From Candidatus Falkowbacteria bacterium (GTDB lineage Bacteria; Patescibacteriota; Patescibacteriia; Patescibacteriales; UBA12465): a stretch of DNA of 64,000 bases. The DNA lies in assembly GCA_037134915.1 (NCBI GenBank), contig JBAXLJ010000001.1, positions 101,484-165,483 of the forward strand, given 5' to 3'. The translations under genes were made by a program, and so were the position numbers. This document shows, piece by piece, positions 20,534-29,386 of this stretch (positions are counted from its first letter, which is position 1; every line of letters starts with the position of its first letter). The notes under the pieces were generated by a model, which saw only the letters and a list, made by a program, of their open reading frames with translations, searched no databases and was not told the origin of the DNA.

Positions 20534-21088
20534 TTATTTAATTGCTAAAGGGATGGTATAAATTAAGCTGTTAAGAGCGGCAAATAATAAGCCGCTAGGG
20601 AAACCGGTGATTAAACAAAAACCGAGACCGGCTGCTAAACCAAAAGTACGGCCATTAGCGGCGCCGAATAATAAGGCAATTAAAAATCCAAAAAATAAAC
20701 TGCCGCTTAGTCCGGAAAAAATCCCACAGACTAGTCCGTTGCCGAGCCCAAAGAGTAAGCCAATGCTTAAACTAATTTCTAAGCCTTCTCTAGGATTAAA
20801 AAGAGATAATTTTTTATTTTTTATTTTTTTTATATAGTTAATATTTTTCATAATTAACCAAGCGAAAATAAAAATAAAAAGAATGTCCCAGAACCGAGAA
20901 ATACTAAAAGGTAAATTCAGTTTCGCCGGAAGATTTGGTAAGACTGGTTCACTTTCTTTAAAGAGCACAATCTTATCAATCACGGGTAAATGACCTAAAA
21001 AGATAGCGGCTAGGCCGTAGAGAGCAAAAGTAGCGATAACTACGATAATCAAAAGGCTCCAAGTCTGATTTTCTAGAATCTTTTTCAT
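20534..21088 (-). CDS. family-B orphan membrane protein B3
   Basis: 184 aa. The N-terminal motif is shared with B2. The C-terminus is SIGLLFGLGNGLVCGIFSGLSGSLFFGFLIALLFGAANGRTFGLAAGLGF. Confidence 0.7.
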   Translation of the reverse strand: MKKILENQTWSLLIIVVIATFALYGLAAIFLGHLPVIDKIVLFKESEPVLPNLPAKLNLPFSISRFWDILFIFIFAWLIMKNINYIKKIKNKKLSLFNPREGLEISLSIGLLFGLGNGLVCGIFSGLSGSLFFGFLIALLFGAANGRTFGLAAGLGFCLITGFPSGLLFAALNSLIYTIPLAIK

Positions 21089-21129
21089 GATTTTTTTCTT
21101 TTATTGTTAAGTAACTAGGTAATCAAAAT

Positions 21130-21158
21130 ATTCTGCCATATTATTTAATTTAGGTCAA
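21130..21158 (-). promoter_or_regulatory. promoter of the B3-A4 operon
   Basis: On the minus strand: TTGACC (21158-21153), 17-nt spacer, TGgCAGAAT (-10 at 21135-21130). Confidence 0.5.
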
Positions 21159-21205
21159 TATACAAAAAAATAAAAACACCATGAAGGTGTCTTTATTTTT
21201 ATTTG

Positions 21206-21278
21206 TGCGCCGTGTCGGATTCGAACCGACGACCATCACCTTAAGAGGGTGCTGCTCTACCAGCTGAGCTAACAGCGC
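21206..21278 (-). tRNA. tRNA-Lys(CUU)
   Basis: Hand-folded cloverleaf: 7-bp acceptor stem, TTCGAAT T-loop, anticodon loop CTCTTAA. No encoded CCA. Confidence 0.9.
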
Positions 21279-21322
21279 TTAATATATTTCAATGATAACG
21301 TAAAACTGAATTATTGCAAGTT

Positions 21323-21399
21323 TGGTGGCTGAGGAGGGGCTCGGACCCTCGACCTTAGCGTTATGAGTGCTACGCTCTAACCAGCTGAGCTACCCAGCC
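21323..21399 (-). tRNA. tRNA with CAU anticodon (elongator Met or Ile2), atypical
   Basis: Cloverleaf with anticodon loop CTCATAA and encoded CCA. It is not an initiator (no C1:A72, no GGG/CCC). The T-loop reads TCCGAGC (C at position 55) and 31:39 is an A.C mismatch. Confidence 0.75.
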
Positions 21400-21506
21400 A
21401 TTTTGCTCCTCCATAAAGAAAAAAAGCTTCTAGTTAAGGCTTTTTCTCTTACAGCATAAAGCATCAAAATTTCTTTGTCAACGATTTTAAATTCTCTTAA
21501 TTACAG

Positions 21507-21583
21507 TGGTGCGCCCGGCAGGATTTGAACCCACAACCCCTTGGTCCGAAGCCAAGTGCTCTATCCAGTTGAGCTACGAGCGC
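21507..21583 (-). tRNA. tRNA-Arg(UCG)
   Basis: Cloverleaf with anticodon loop CTTCGGA, T-loop TTCAAAT, and encoded CCA. Confidence 0.9.
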
Positions 21584-21611
21584 GAATATACGGCCCTAAG
21601 GCCGTATTAAT

Positions 21612-21899
21612 TTATCTCTTACCTTTAAGAGCTTGCTTTAAATTGTAACCAGTTTTAAACTTAGCCACTTTAACCTCAGGAATAGTAATTCTTTCAGTTG
21701 GCTTTTGTGGGTTAACGCCACCTCGGGAATATCTAACGCGTGATAAAAAGGTACCAAATCCAGTGATGGTCACTTCGTGGCCATTTTTAAGCTCTGAGAT
21801 GATAGTGTCAGTTAAAACATTAATCATTTTTTCAGCTTGCTTTTTGTTAATCCCTTCAACATCTTTAGATAATTTTTCGATGATTTGCGCTTTGTTCAT
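21612..21899 (-). CDS. hup: DNA-binding protein HU
   Basis: 95 aa: MNKAQIIEKL..., GFGTF, and a beta-arm with RGGVNPQKPTERITIP. Confidence 0.9.
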   Translation of the reverse strand: MNKAQIIEKLSKDVEGINKKQAEKMINVLTDTIISELKNGHEVTITGFGTFLSRVRYSRGGVNPQKPTERITIPEVKVAKFKTGYNLKQALKGKR

Positions 21900-21977
21900 A
21901 AAATTTATTTTAATCTTTTAATTTTTGCTTTCTTTATTATAATAAAAGGAATTTTTTATTTCAAGTCCCGATTAAAA

Positions 21978-23492
21978 TTAACGGGCATATTCAGTGACAC
22001 GAAGCTCTCTGATAACATTAACTTTGATTTCACCAGGGTATTTTAACTCGGTTTCAATCTTTTTGGCAATGTCGCGAGCTAAGTCGTGAGCTTTTATATC
22101 ATCAGTTTCTTCGGCTTTAACAAAGACTCTGACTTCACGGCCGGCTTGAATGGCGTAAGTTTTTTCTACACCATCAAAGGAGAGAGCAATCTTTTCTAGT
22201 TCCTCTAGTCTTTGGATGTAGTTTTCGTAGTTGTCATTACGAGCCCCAGGACGAGCCGAGGAGATGGCGTCAGCAACTTTAACAATCACTGAGATTAAAG
22301 AAGCTGGTTTGTCATCGTGGTGAGTGGCAATAGGATCAATAATTTCCTGCGGTAGATTAAATTTCTTAGCGATATCGCGGCCAATCTCCGTATGGTTACC
22401 TTGGACCTCGTGATCAACGGCCTTGCCAATATCGTGAAGTAAGCCACCTTTTTTAGCGAGAGTGACGTCAGCGCCTAATTCTTCGGCAATAATAGAGGCT
22501 AGATGAGCCACTTCAATGGAGTGGCGCAGCGCGTTTTGACCATAACTAGTTCGGTATTTTAAGCGGCCCAGAATTTGCACTAACTTAGGATCAAAGCCAG
22601 CAATACCAACTTCATACATTGCTTCTTCGCCAGCCTTTTTGATGTCAATGGCAATTTCTTTCTTAGCATTTTCGACCGCATCTTCAATTTTGGTGGGGTG
22701 AATACGACCGTCTTTTATTAAATAATCTAGAGTTTTTTTAGCAATATGGCGGCGGATTAAGGAAAAGCCGGAAATAGTAATGGCATTAGGGGTGTCATCA
22801 ACAATAATTTCTGTGCCCGTCATCTGTTCAATTGATTTGATATTGCGTCCCTCGCGACCAATAATACGCCCCTTCATTTCGTCGCTTGGCAAATCAACGG
22901 TCGTAGTAGTTAGTTCCACGGTGTAATCAGACACCATTCGTTGCATAGCCAGGGCCATAATATCTTTGGCTTTGTCAGCTAAACGATCATCGCCTTCATT
23001 TTCTAATTTTTGTAAACGAACTGACAAATCGTCAGCGCACTGTTCTTCAATTTTTTTAAGTAAAGTATTCTTTGCCTCTTCTTTAGATAATTTAGCAATC
23101 TCTTCTAATTTGGTCGACTGCTCTTCTTTAATAGCTTTAATTTTTTCCTTGATTTCTTGAACTTCAGTTACTTTGTCATAAAGCTTCTGTTGCTTGTCTT
23201 GTAAATCTAATAATTTTTGAGAAAAGGAATTTTCTCTCTGTTCTAAGCGGCTCTGCAAGGCATTGATTTCTTGACGTCTTAGAGTTTCTTCTTTTTTTGA
23301 CTCCTCGATGACGGCTAGGGCTTTATCCTGGGCGTGAAGCAAGAGTTCTTTTTCCTTCAGCTTGGCCTCACTAACAATCTTCTCAGCCTTAGCTTCGGCG
23401 CCACTTAGTTTTTGACTGGCTGATTTTCGGTAAAAATAGAAACCAATAAAAAAACCACCAGCTAAAAAAACAACATACAAAACATATTCCAT
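21978..23492 (-). CDS. rny: ribonuclease Y
   Basis: N-terminal TM helix, long coiled-coil, KH domain (GRIIGREGRNIK), HD domain (LLHDIGKAVDHE). 504 aa. Confidence 0.95.
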   Translation of the reverse strand: MEYVLYVVFLAGGFFIGFYFYRKSASQKLSGAEAKAEKIVSEAKLKEKELLLHAQDKALAVIEESKKEETLRRQEINALQSRLEQRENSFSQKLLDLQDKQQKLYDKVTEVQEIKEKIKAIKEEQSTKLEEIAKLSKEEAKNTLLKKIEEQCADDLSVRLQKLENEGDDRLADKAKDIMALAMQRMVSDYTVELTTTTVDLPSDEMKGRIIGREGRNIKSIEQMTGTEIIVDDTPNAITISGFSLIRRHIAKKTLDYLIKDGRIHPTKIEDAVENAKKEIAIDIKKAGEEAMYEVGIAGFDPKLVQILGRLKYRTSYGQNALRHSIEVAHLASIIAEELGADVTLAKKGGLLHDIGKAVDHEVQGNHTEIGRDIAKKFNLPQEIIDPIATHHDDKPASLISVIVKVADAISSARPGARNDNYENYIQRLEELEKIALSFDGVEKTYAIQAGREVRVFVKAEETDDIKAHDLARDIAKKIETELKYPGEIKVNVIRELRVTEYAR

Positions 23493-23504
23493 AATATTGT
23501 TTGG

Positions 23505-23714
23505 TTGTTTCTAGGAAATAGTGGTTGTTGAGCTAAAACTATAATTAAAAAATAAAAAATCTTGAACGCTTTTTGGCTAATCAAGGATTAATTTTTAGTA
23601 CTTTGAGGAGTATTTTTTAATTTTACACGGGAATTTAAGGCAGCCATTACAGTTTTTTGTTTAAGCTTTGATAAGATAACAACCACAAACAGAATCTAAT
23701 TTTCCTAGAAACAA
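23505..23714 (-). promoter_or_regulatory. structured rny 5' leader closed by nested long-range helices
   Basis: 23701-23714 (TTTCCTAGAAACAA) is the exact reverse complement of 23505-23518. 23678-23686 (AACAACCAC) is the exact reverse complement of 23521-23529. The two helices are nested and end 12 nt before the rny ATG. Confidence 0.6.
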
Positions 23715-23742
23715 TTAATTATTAATTAGATATTACGCTAAT

Positions 23743-23771
23743 ACTCTAGCATTTATTTTTTTGACTGTAAA
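23743..23771 (-). promoter_or_regulatory. promoter of rny (extended -10)
   Basis: On the minus strand: TTTACA (23771-23766), 17-nt spacer, TGcTAGAGT (-10 at 23748-23743). Confidence 0.5.
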
Positions 23772-23793
23772 GTTAATTTTCTAAGTCATAAAG

Positions 23794-23822
23794 TTGACTA
23801 AAACAAAAATATAAAGTAATAT
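23794..23822 (+). promoter_or_regulatory. promoter of infB-rbfA
   Basis: TTGACT (23794-23799), 17-nt spacer, TAATAT (23817-23822). Confidence 0.5.
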
Positions 23823-23870
23823 TTAAGCATCTTAATCAATAAAATCAAGCATTTTTTGTAAAATACGCCT

Positions 23871-25850
23871 ATGAATATTACAGAGTTAGCCCGAGTTTTA
23901 CATGTTAATCCTCAAGAGTTACGTGACCTTTTGCCAAAAATTGGGTTTAACATTGGTCAAAAAGCCATTAAAGTTGATAATAATACTGCCAAAAAAATCA
24001 TCAAAAATTGGCCGGCTTTTAGACGTCAGCTCGAGATTCAGCGGGCGGCGGCCTATGCTAAAAAGAGAGAAGAGGACCTAATCCCTAAGGAAAAAAAGGA
24101 AATTAAGATTCCGACTGTAATTACGGTTCGTGATTTTGCCGAAACGGCCCAGGTTCCAGTTAATAAAGTTTTAATGGAGCTGATGAAAAATGGCGTTTTT
24201 GCCTCAATTAATGAAAAAATCGATTATGACACGGCTCTAGTTATTGGTGTGGAGCTTAATTTAGATATTAAACCTCAAGAAGAAGGACAGGAGACTGAAG
24301 AGAAAGAGGACCGTAAATTGGCCGAAATTTTAGAAAAAGAAGAAAGTGGCGATATGTATGATCGTCCGCCGGTCATTGTTATTATGGGTCACGTTGATCA
24401 CGGAAAAACTAAGTTACTGGATTCGATTCGCCTTACTGATGTTGTGGCTGGTGAAGCGGGTGGCATTACTCAACATATTGGGGCTTATCAGATTTTAAGA
24501 AAGAACAAGGTTATTACTTTTATTGATACTCCTGGTCACGAAGCTTTCACCGCGATGCGCAGTCGTGGGGCTAAGGTGGCCGATATTGCAATTTTGGTGG
24601 TCGCGGCTGATGACGGTGTTAAACCGCAGACAGTGGAAGCTTGCCGTATTATTGAAGCGGCTAAGATCCCATTTTTAGTAGCCATTAATAAAGTTGATAA
24701 ACCAGATGCCAATATTGATAAGACAAAGCAGGAATTATCAACGATGTTAGGCATCACTCCGGAAGATTGGGGCGGTAAAACTATTTGTGTACCAATTTCT
24801 GCCAAAGAAGGTACGGGCATTGAAGAACTTTTAGACATGGTTCTTTTAGTGGCTGATACAGAAAATTCTAATATGAAAGCTAATCCGGAAGCGGATGCGG
24901 CTGGAACGGTGGTTGAGTCTAATATGGATAAGGGCGCCGGACCGGTGGCCACTATTTTAGTGCAAAACGGAACTCTTCGCGTTGGTGATCAGCTTTGTTT
25001 TAACGATATTGTTTACGGCAAAGTTAAATCTCTAAAAAACTATCGTGGTGAAAATATTACTGAAGCCTTACCATCAATGCCGGCTAAAATTTTGGGTTTA
25101 AAAATTTCGCCAGCAGTTGGTGATATTTTAGAAGTAGGCGAAGGTCGCAAGGTAAGTAATAGAAAAATTAGAACCGCCTCAGAACAGACCGTTAAATCAG
25201 CGATGACGATGTCGAGCAATGAAGGTGAAAATAATATTCCTCAAGTCAACTTGATTATTAAAGCCGATTTCTTAGGTTCAGCGGAGGCTATTGAAGAATC
25301 TCTGATGAAACTTAATACTGAAAAAGTCCGAGTTAAGATTTTAGCTAAAGGTTTGGGTAACGTGACTGAAGGCGATATTAAGCGTGCCGAAGATTCCGGA
25401 GCTAAAATCGTGGGCTTTAATGTCCGGATTACGCCGGTAATTGAAAACTTAGTGAGAGAGCGCGGTGTCGATGTTAAAACTTATTCCATTATTTACGATT
25501 TGATTAAATATATTAAAAGTGAAATGCAGCAGCTAATTAAAGCTGAAGTAATTCGTGTTGATGAGGGGCGTATTAAAATCGCCGCGATTTTTCGCACGGA
25601 AACCGATAAACAGATTGTCGGTGGTCGGGTTTTAGATGGTTATATTAACTTAGATAGTTTTATTGAAGTAAAACGTGAAGGCGAAATTGTAGTAACCGGA
25701 AAACTAACTAGACTGCAGAGCGGTAAACAAGATGTTAAAAAGGTAGAAACCAACGAAGAGTGCGGTTTACTTTTTGAAGGCAAGCCCTTAATTCAGGTTG
25801 GCGATATTTTAGCGGCTTATCACGAAGATAAAGTCATTGATAAATTATAA
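23871..25850 (+). CDS. infB: translation initiation factor IF-2
   Basis: G domain GHVDHGKT / DTPGH / NKVD, with C-terminal domains. 659 aa (short N-terminal region). Confidence 0.95.
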   Translation: MNITELARVLHVNPQELRDLLPKIGFNIGQKAIKVDNNTAKKIIKNWPAFRRQLEIQRAAAYAKKREEDLIPKEKKEIKIPTVITVRDFAETAQVPVNKVLMELMKNGVFASINEKIDYDTALVIGVELNLDIKPQEEGQETEEKEDRKLAEILEKEESGDMYDRPPVIVIMGHVDHGKTKLLDSIRLTDVVAGEAGGITQHIGAYQILRKNKVITFIDTPGHEAFTAMRSRGAKVADIAILVVAADDGVKPQTVEACRIIEAAKIPFLVAINKVDKPDANIDKTKQELSTMLGITPEDWGGKTICVPISAKEGTGIEELLDMVLLVADTENSNMKANPEADAAGTVVESNMDKGAGPVATILVQNGTLRVGDQLCFNDIVYGKVKSLKNYRGENITEALPSMPAKILGLKISPAVGDILEVGEGRKVSNRKIRTASEQTVKSAMTMSSNEGENNIPQVNLIIKADFLGSAEAIEESLMKLNTEKVRVKILAKGLGNVTEGDIKRAEDSGAKIVGFNVRITPVIENLVRERGVDVKTYSIIYDLIKYIKSEMQQLIKAEVIRVDEGRIKIAAIFRTETDKQIVGGRVLDGYINLDSFIEVKREGEIVVTGKLTRLQSGKQDVKKVETNEECGLLFEGKPLIQVGDILAAYHEDKVIDKL

Positions 25851-25854
25851 TTCC

Positions 25855-26229
25855 ATGTCTAAAGCTGATTCAATTAATCAAATGTTACAACAGGAGCTGG
25901 CTTATGCGATTAATCGCGAGGTCGGTGTTCCTAATGCTTTAATTACCGTAGTTTATGTTCGAACCTCGGCTGACTTGCAATGGGCGACGGTTGGTGTCTC
26001 GGTTTTACCGGATAATTTAGCTGGAACCGCTTTATCTAAATTAAAAAGTTCGGCTAGCTTGATTTCTAGCATCTTAGCTAAGAAAACCCGGCTAAGACAA
26101 ATTCCTCGTCTGCGTTTTGAATTTGACCCGACCGAGAGAAAAGCGGCGGTGCTGGAAAATTTTATGAATAATTTGGATGAAATCAAGAAACAAGAAGAAG
26201 AGGATGATACAGAAATTTTTCAATTTTAA
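25855..26229 (+). CDS. rbfA: ribosome-binding factor A
   Basis: Located directly after infB. RbfA-like KH fold strings (ITVVYVRTSADLQWATVGVSVL, IPRLRFEFD). ATG 25855 is preferred. Confidence 0.8.
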   Translation: MSKADSINQMLQQELAYAINREVGVPNALITVVYVRTSADLQWATVGVSVLPDNLAGTALSKLKSSASLISSILAKKTRLRQIPRLRFEFDPTERKAAVLENFMNNLDEIKKQEEEDDTEIFQF

Positions 26230-26262
26230 AGCTAAAAACCCCAAATATTACTACTTATAAAA

Positions 26263-26287
26263 ATATAGTCAGGAGACTATATTTTTT
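26263..26287 (+). terminator. terminator of infB-rbfA
   Basis: ATATAGTC AGGA GACTATAT followed by T5. Confidence 0.8.
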
Positions 26288-26356
26288 GTTATTTTCTGGA
26301 CTTTTTTCGTTAAATAGCTTAAGATTATTGGTTAAAAGTCAAAGACTTATTAGTTT

Positions 26357-27370
26357 ATGAATTACGCCGTCTCTTATCACCAGGCTTATCTAAAAATAAA
26401 AAATTCACGTCGTCTTTTAGTTATCAGCCATCTAAATCCTGACGGCGATGCCTTGTCGTCAGTTTGTGCTTTTTTAGAGTTGGCTAACTTGCTTAATTTA
26501 GAAGTGGAGGCTTATTGTCATGGTAAAAAAGGTGATACTTTTAATTATCTACCCCATGAAGAAAAAATATTTTTTGATAAGACGAAATTAGCGCCACTTA
26601 CCGCTTATGATGTAGTTTTAGTTTTAGATTGTGGCTCACTCTCTCGGACTAATTTAGCTCAGGAGATATTAGCCGTTTCCCGATCTTTTGATCGTCCTTA
26701 CATCATTGAAATGGATCATCATCCCAAGATGGATAACTTTGCTGACTTAGAGATTAGACAACCGGATAAGGCGGCTACCGTTGAAATTATTTACAATTTT
26801 TTACGTGAGAATAAAGTTAACTTTAACAAAAACTTAGCCAATTGTGTTTTAACGGGGCTACTAACGGATACGGGAAATTTTTTGTATGCCAATTCTTCCC
26901 ATTTAAATATTGCAATTGCTTCCGAGATGTTAAATTTAGGCGCTCAATTTCCTAAGATAATAAATAGCACTCTGCGTAATCAGAATTTACTCACTATGAA
27001 ACTCTGGGGTTTAACTATGGATAATTTAAGAATTAATTATCGCTATAATTTAGCTTATTCTGTAATTACTAAGGAAGAGATCGATAATCTAATTAAATTA
27101 GGTTCGGCTGAGGAAATTGAGGGCTATTTAAATTATGATGTCTATGGCGATATTGCTGGTTTCTTAAGTAATCTGTCAGAGGTTCAGGCTATTATGTTGT
27201 TGCGTGAAGAAGAGTTAGGTAAAATTAGGGGCAGTTTACGTACTGCTCGTCCAGGAGTAGACATTTCTGGTTTAGCCAAACAACTAGGTGGTGGCGGACA
27301 CCCCAAGGCTTCAGGATTTTCTCTGACGGGGCACATTGTCAAGGCTGATGATGGTTGGAAAATAGTTTAA
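26357..27370 (+). CDS. DHH/DHHA1 phosphoesterase (NrnA-like oligoribonuclease/pAp phosphatase)
   Basis: Motifs HLNPDGDALSS, LDCG, MDHHP, DTGNF and C-terminal GGGGHPKASG. Confidence 0.8.
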   Translation: MNYAVSYHQAYLKIKNSRRLLVISHLNPDGDALSSVCAFLELANLLNLEVEAYCHGKKGDTFNYLPHEEKIFFDKTKLAPLTAYDVVLVLDCGSLSRTNLAQEILAVSRSFDRPYIIEMDHHPKMDNFADLEIRQPDKAATVEIIYNFLRENKVNFNKNLANCVLTGLLTDTGNFLYANSSHLNIAIASEMLNLGAQFPKIINSTLRNQNLLTMKLWGLTMDNLRINYRYNLAYSVITKEEIDNLIKLGSAEEIEGYLNYDVYGDIAGFLSNLSEVQAIMLLREEELGKIRGSLRTARPGVDISGLAKQLGGGGHPKASGFSLTGHIVKADDGWKIV

Positions 27371-27412
27371 AATACCCCATATATTATAAAAGACGTGATA
27401 TAATAAGATTAT

Positions 27413-29386
27413 ATGGATAAGCTTAGTAAATTATTTAAGATTATAATTTTAGTCGGCCTAACTTTTTTGGTGGCGCTGATTTTTTTTCAGAAAATAGATT
27501 TTACGGGGATTGATTTGGGGCGTCATCTGGAAAATGGTCGAGTTGTTTGGCAAAATCCACAAGTTTTATTTCAAAATTTTTATTCTTATACGGGGCCAAA
27601 TACTAGTTTTGTCAATCATCACTGGTTAAGTGGTGTTATTTTATATTTAGTTTATTTACTAGACGGTTTTAAAGGCTTGATTATTTTTAACTGTTTATTA
27701 GCTGTCTCGGTTTTTCTTCTAGCTTTTAATCTGGCCTATAAAAAGGCCGGTTTTTATTTGAGTGCCACTGTTTCATTGCCGATAATTTATTTGCTTAGCG
27801 AGCGGGTGGAGATTCGTCCGGAAATATTTAGCTATTTATTTATTCTATTAGTTTGGTTTTTGATTGATAAAACCGCCAAAGATCAAAAGTGGCGCCGCCT
27901 GTTTTGGCTGATCCCTCTTTTTACTTTTTGGGTTAATTTGCACATTTACTTTTTTATTGGTTTGACGCTAGTCGGTTTAAAAATGGCGGCCGAATTTTTA
28001 AGGAAATTTATTTATAGCGCCGGTAATTTTCAAGAACGCTTTGGCGCGGCCTGGCTTAAAGCTAAACCTTGGACAACTTTTTTAGGCTGGTCGATTCTTT
28101 CTTGCCTCGTAAATCCTAATACTTGGCGGGGCCTACTTTATCCTTTTAACATTTTTGAGAATTATGGTTATGAAATCGCCGAGAATAAGAGCGTATTTTA
28201 TCTCGGACACTTAATGATTAGTCCTAATTTTTTATTATTTAAAATTATTTTATTAGTGCTAATTGTCAGCTGGTTGATCTATATTTTTGTTTCTCGAAAA
28301 ATAAGATTTTTTGATTTATTTTTAAGTTTTTTATTTTCCGGCCTAGCTCTATTTGCTTCCAGAAATCTCGCTCTTTTTGCCTTAGCCGCTTTAGTTTTGA
28401 TTCCGGCCAATTTAAGCTGTTTAAAATTCAGCTGGAAATTTTTTAATCGAACGAAAAATTATTTTGTAATCGCTTTTATTTCGCTTGTTGTTGGTAGTTC
28501 GGTCTATTTAATAATTGATAGCCGAAGTTATCATAATTTTATTAAGAACCCCTTGGGTTTTACTTTGTCCGGCGGCGGCGATGCTTCAGCTAATTTCTTT
28601 AAAACTAATAATTTAAGTGGCCCGATATTTAATAATTATGATATTGGCAGCGCTTTAATATTCTGGTTATTTCCTCAGGAGAAAGTTTTTGTTGATAACC
28701 GCCCAGAGGCTTATAGCAATAAATTTTTTAAAGAAACTTATATCCCGATGCAAAATGAGACTGGTAAATGGGAGGCGGTTAGTAATGATTATAAATTTAA
28801 AACTATTTATTTTTCTCACACCGACGGCACGCCTTGGGCGCAGCAATTTTTGGGGCGCATCTTAAACGATGATAACTGGTCTCTGGTCTATTTTGACCAG
28901 TCAACGGTTATTTTATTAAATAAAAAATTAACCGATAAAACATTACTAAAAAAATTAAGTTTAACTGAAAAGGATTTCCGAGACCGTTTACGCTTACTCT
29001 CTAGTCACTCTGGTTTAAAGGATAAAATGTCGCTGGCGTCTTTAGCCGACAGAGCTAATCAGCCACTTCTGGCTGAAGAAATTTATCACGGAATTTTAAT
29101 GGATTATCCCGATTATAGCCCGGTCTTAGTTTCTTTGGGTGCCCTTTATTCTAATACCGATTTAATTAAATCATTAAGTTATTTTGACTTAGCCTTAGCT
29201 GGTGGCCATAGGTTGCCCGGGGTTTATAATCAAATCGGTTTAGTAAATTGGCAATTGGGAGAATATCAAAAAGCGGAGACCGCTTGGAACTCCGCTTTAA
29301 AGTTAGATCATCACAATACCTCAGCTTTGTATTATTTGAATCAAATTAAGGAATTAAGAAAATCTGGCAAATTATCAACTAATTAA
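27413..29386 (+). CDS. large polytopic membrane protein with C-terminal TPR repeats (possible GT-C type glycosyltransferase)
   Basis: 657 aa with about 12 hydrophobic segments, then TPR-like repeats (YNQIGLVNWQLGEYQKAETAWNSALKLDHHNTSALYYL). The enzymatic assignment is inferred only from architecture and the neighbouring GT2. Confidence 0.45.
   Translation: MDKLSKLFKIIILVGLTFLVALIFFQKIDFTGIDLGRHLENGRVVWQNPQVLFQNFYSYTGPNTSFVNHHWLSGVILYLVYLLDGFKGLIIFNCLLAVSVFLLAFNLAYKKAGFYLSATVSLPIIYLLSERVEIRPEIFSYLFILLVWFLIDKTAKDQKWRRLFWLIPLFTFWVNLHIYFFIGLTLVGLKMAAEFLRKFIYSAGNFQERFGAAWLKAKPWTTFLGWSILSCLVNPNTWRGLLYPFNIFENYGYEIAENKSVFYLGHLMISPNFLLFKIILLVLIVSWLIYIFVSRKIRFFDLFLSFLFSGLALFASRNLALFALAALVLIPANLSCLKFSWKFFNRTKNYFVIAFISLVVGSSVYLIIDSRSYHNFIKNPLGFTLSGGGDASANFFKTNNLSGPIFNNYDIGSALIFWLFPQEKVFVDNRPEAYSNKFFKETYIPMQNETGKWEAVSNDYKFKTIYFSHTDGTPWAQQFLGRILNDDNWSLVYFDQSTVILLNKKLTDKTLLKKLSLTEKDFRDRLRLLSSHSGLKDKMSLASLADRANQPLLAEEIYHGILMDYPDYSPVLVSLGALYSNTDLIKSLSYFDLALAGGHRLPGVYNQIGLVNWQLGEYQKAETAWNSALKLDHHNTSALYYLNQIKELRKSGKLSTN

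Noticed and set aside
18521-20837. Long antisense ORFs (18521-18742, 19173-19649 at 158 aa, 20607-20837) opposite the glycine-zipper genes; also 10475-10780 and 10892-11104 opposite A2.
   Set aside because: The products are Lys/Pro/Ile-rich low-complexity translations of the reverse strand of repetitive GxxxG-coding sequence. They have no promoters or RBS, and the minus-strand genes have clear promoter and terminator framing.
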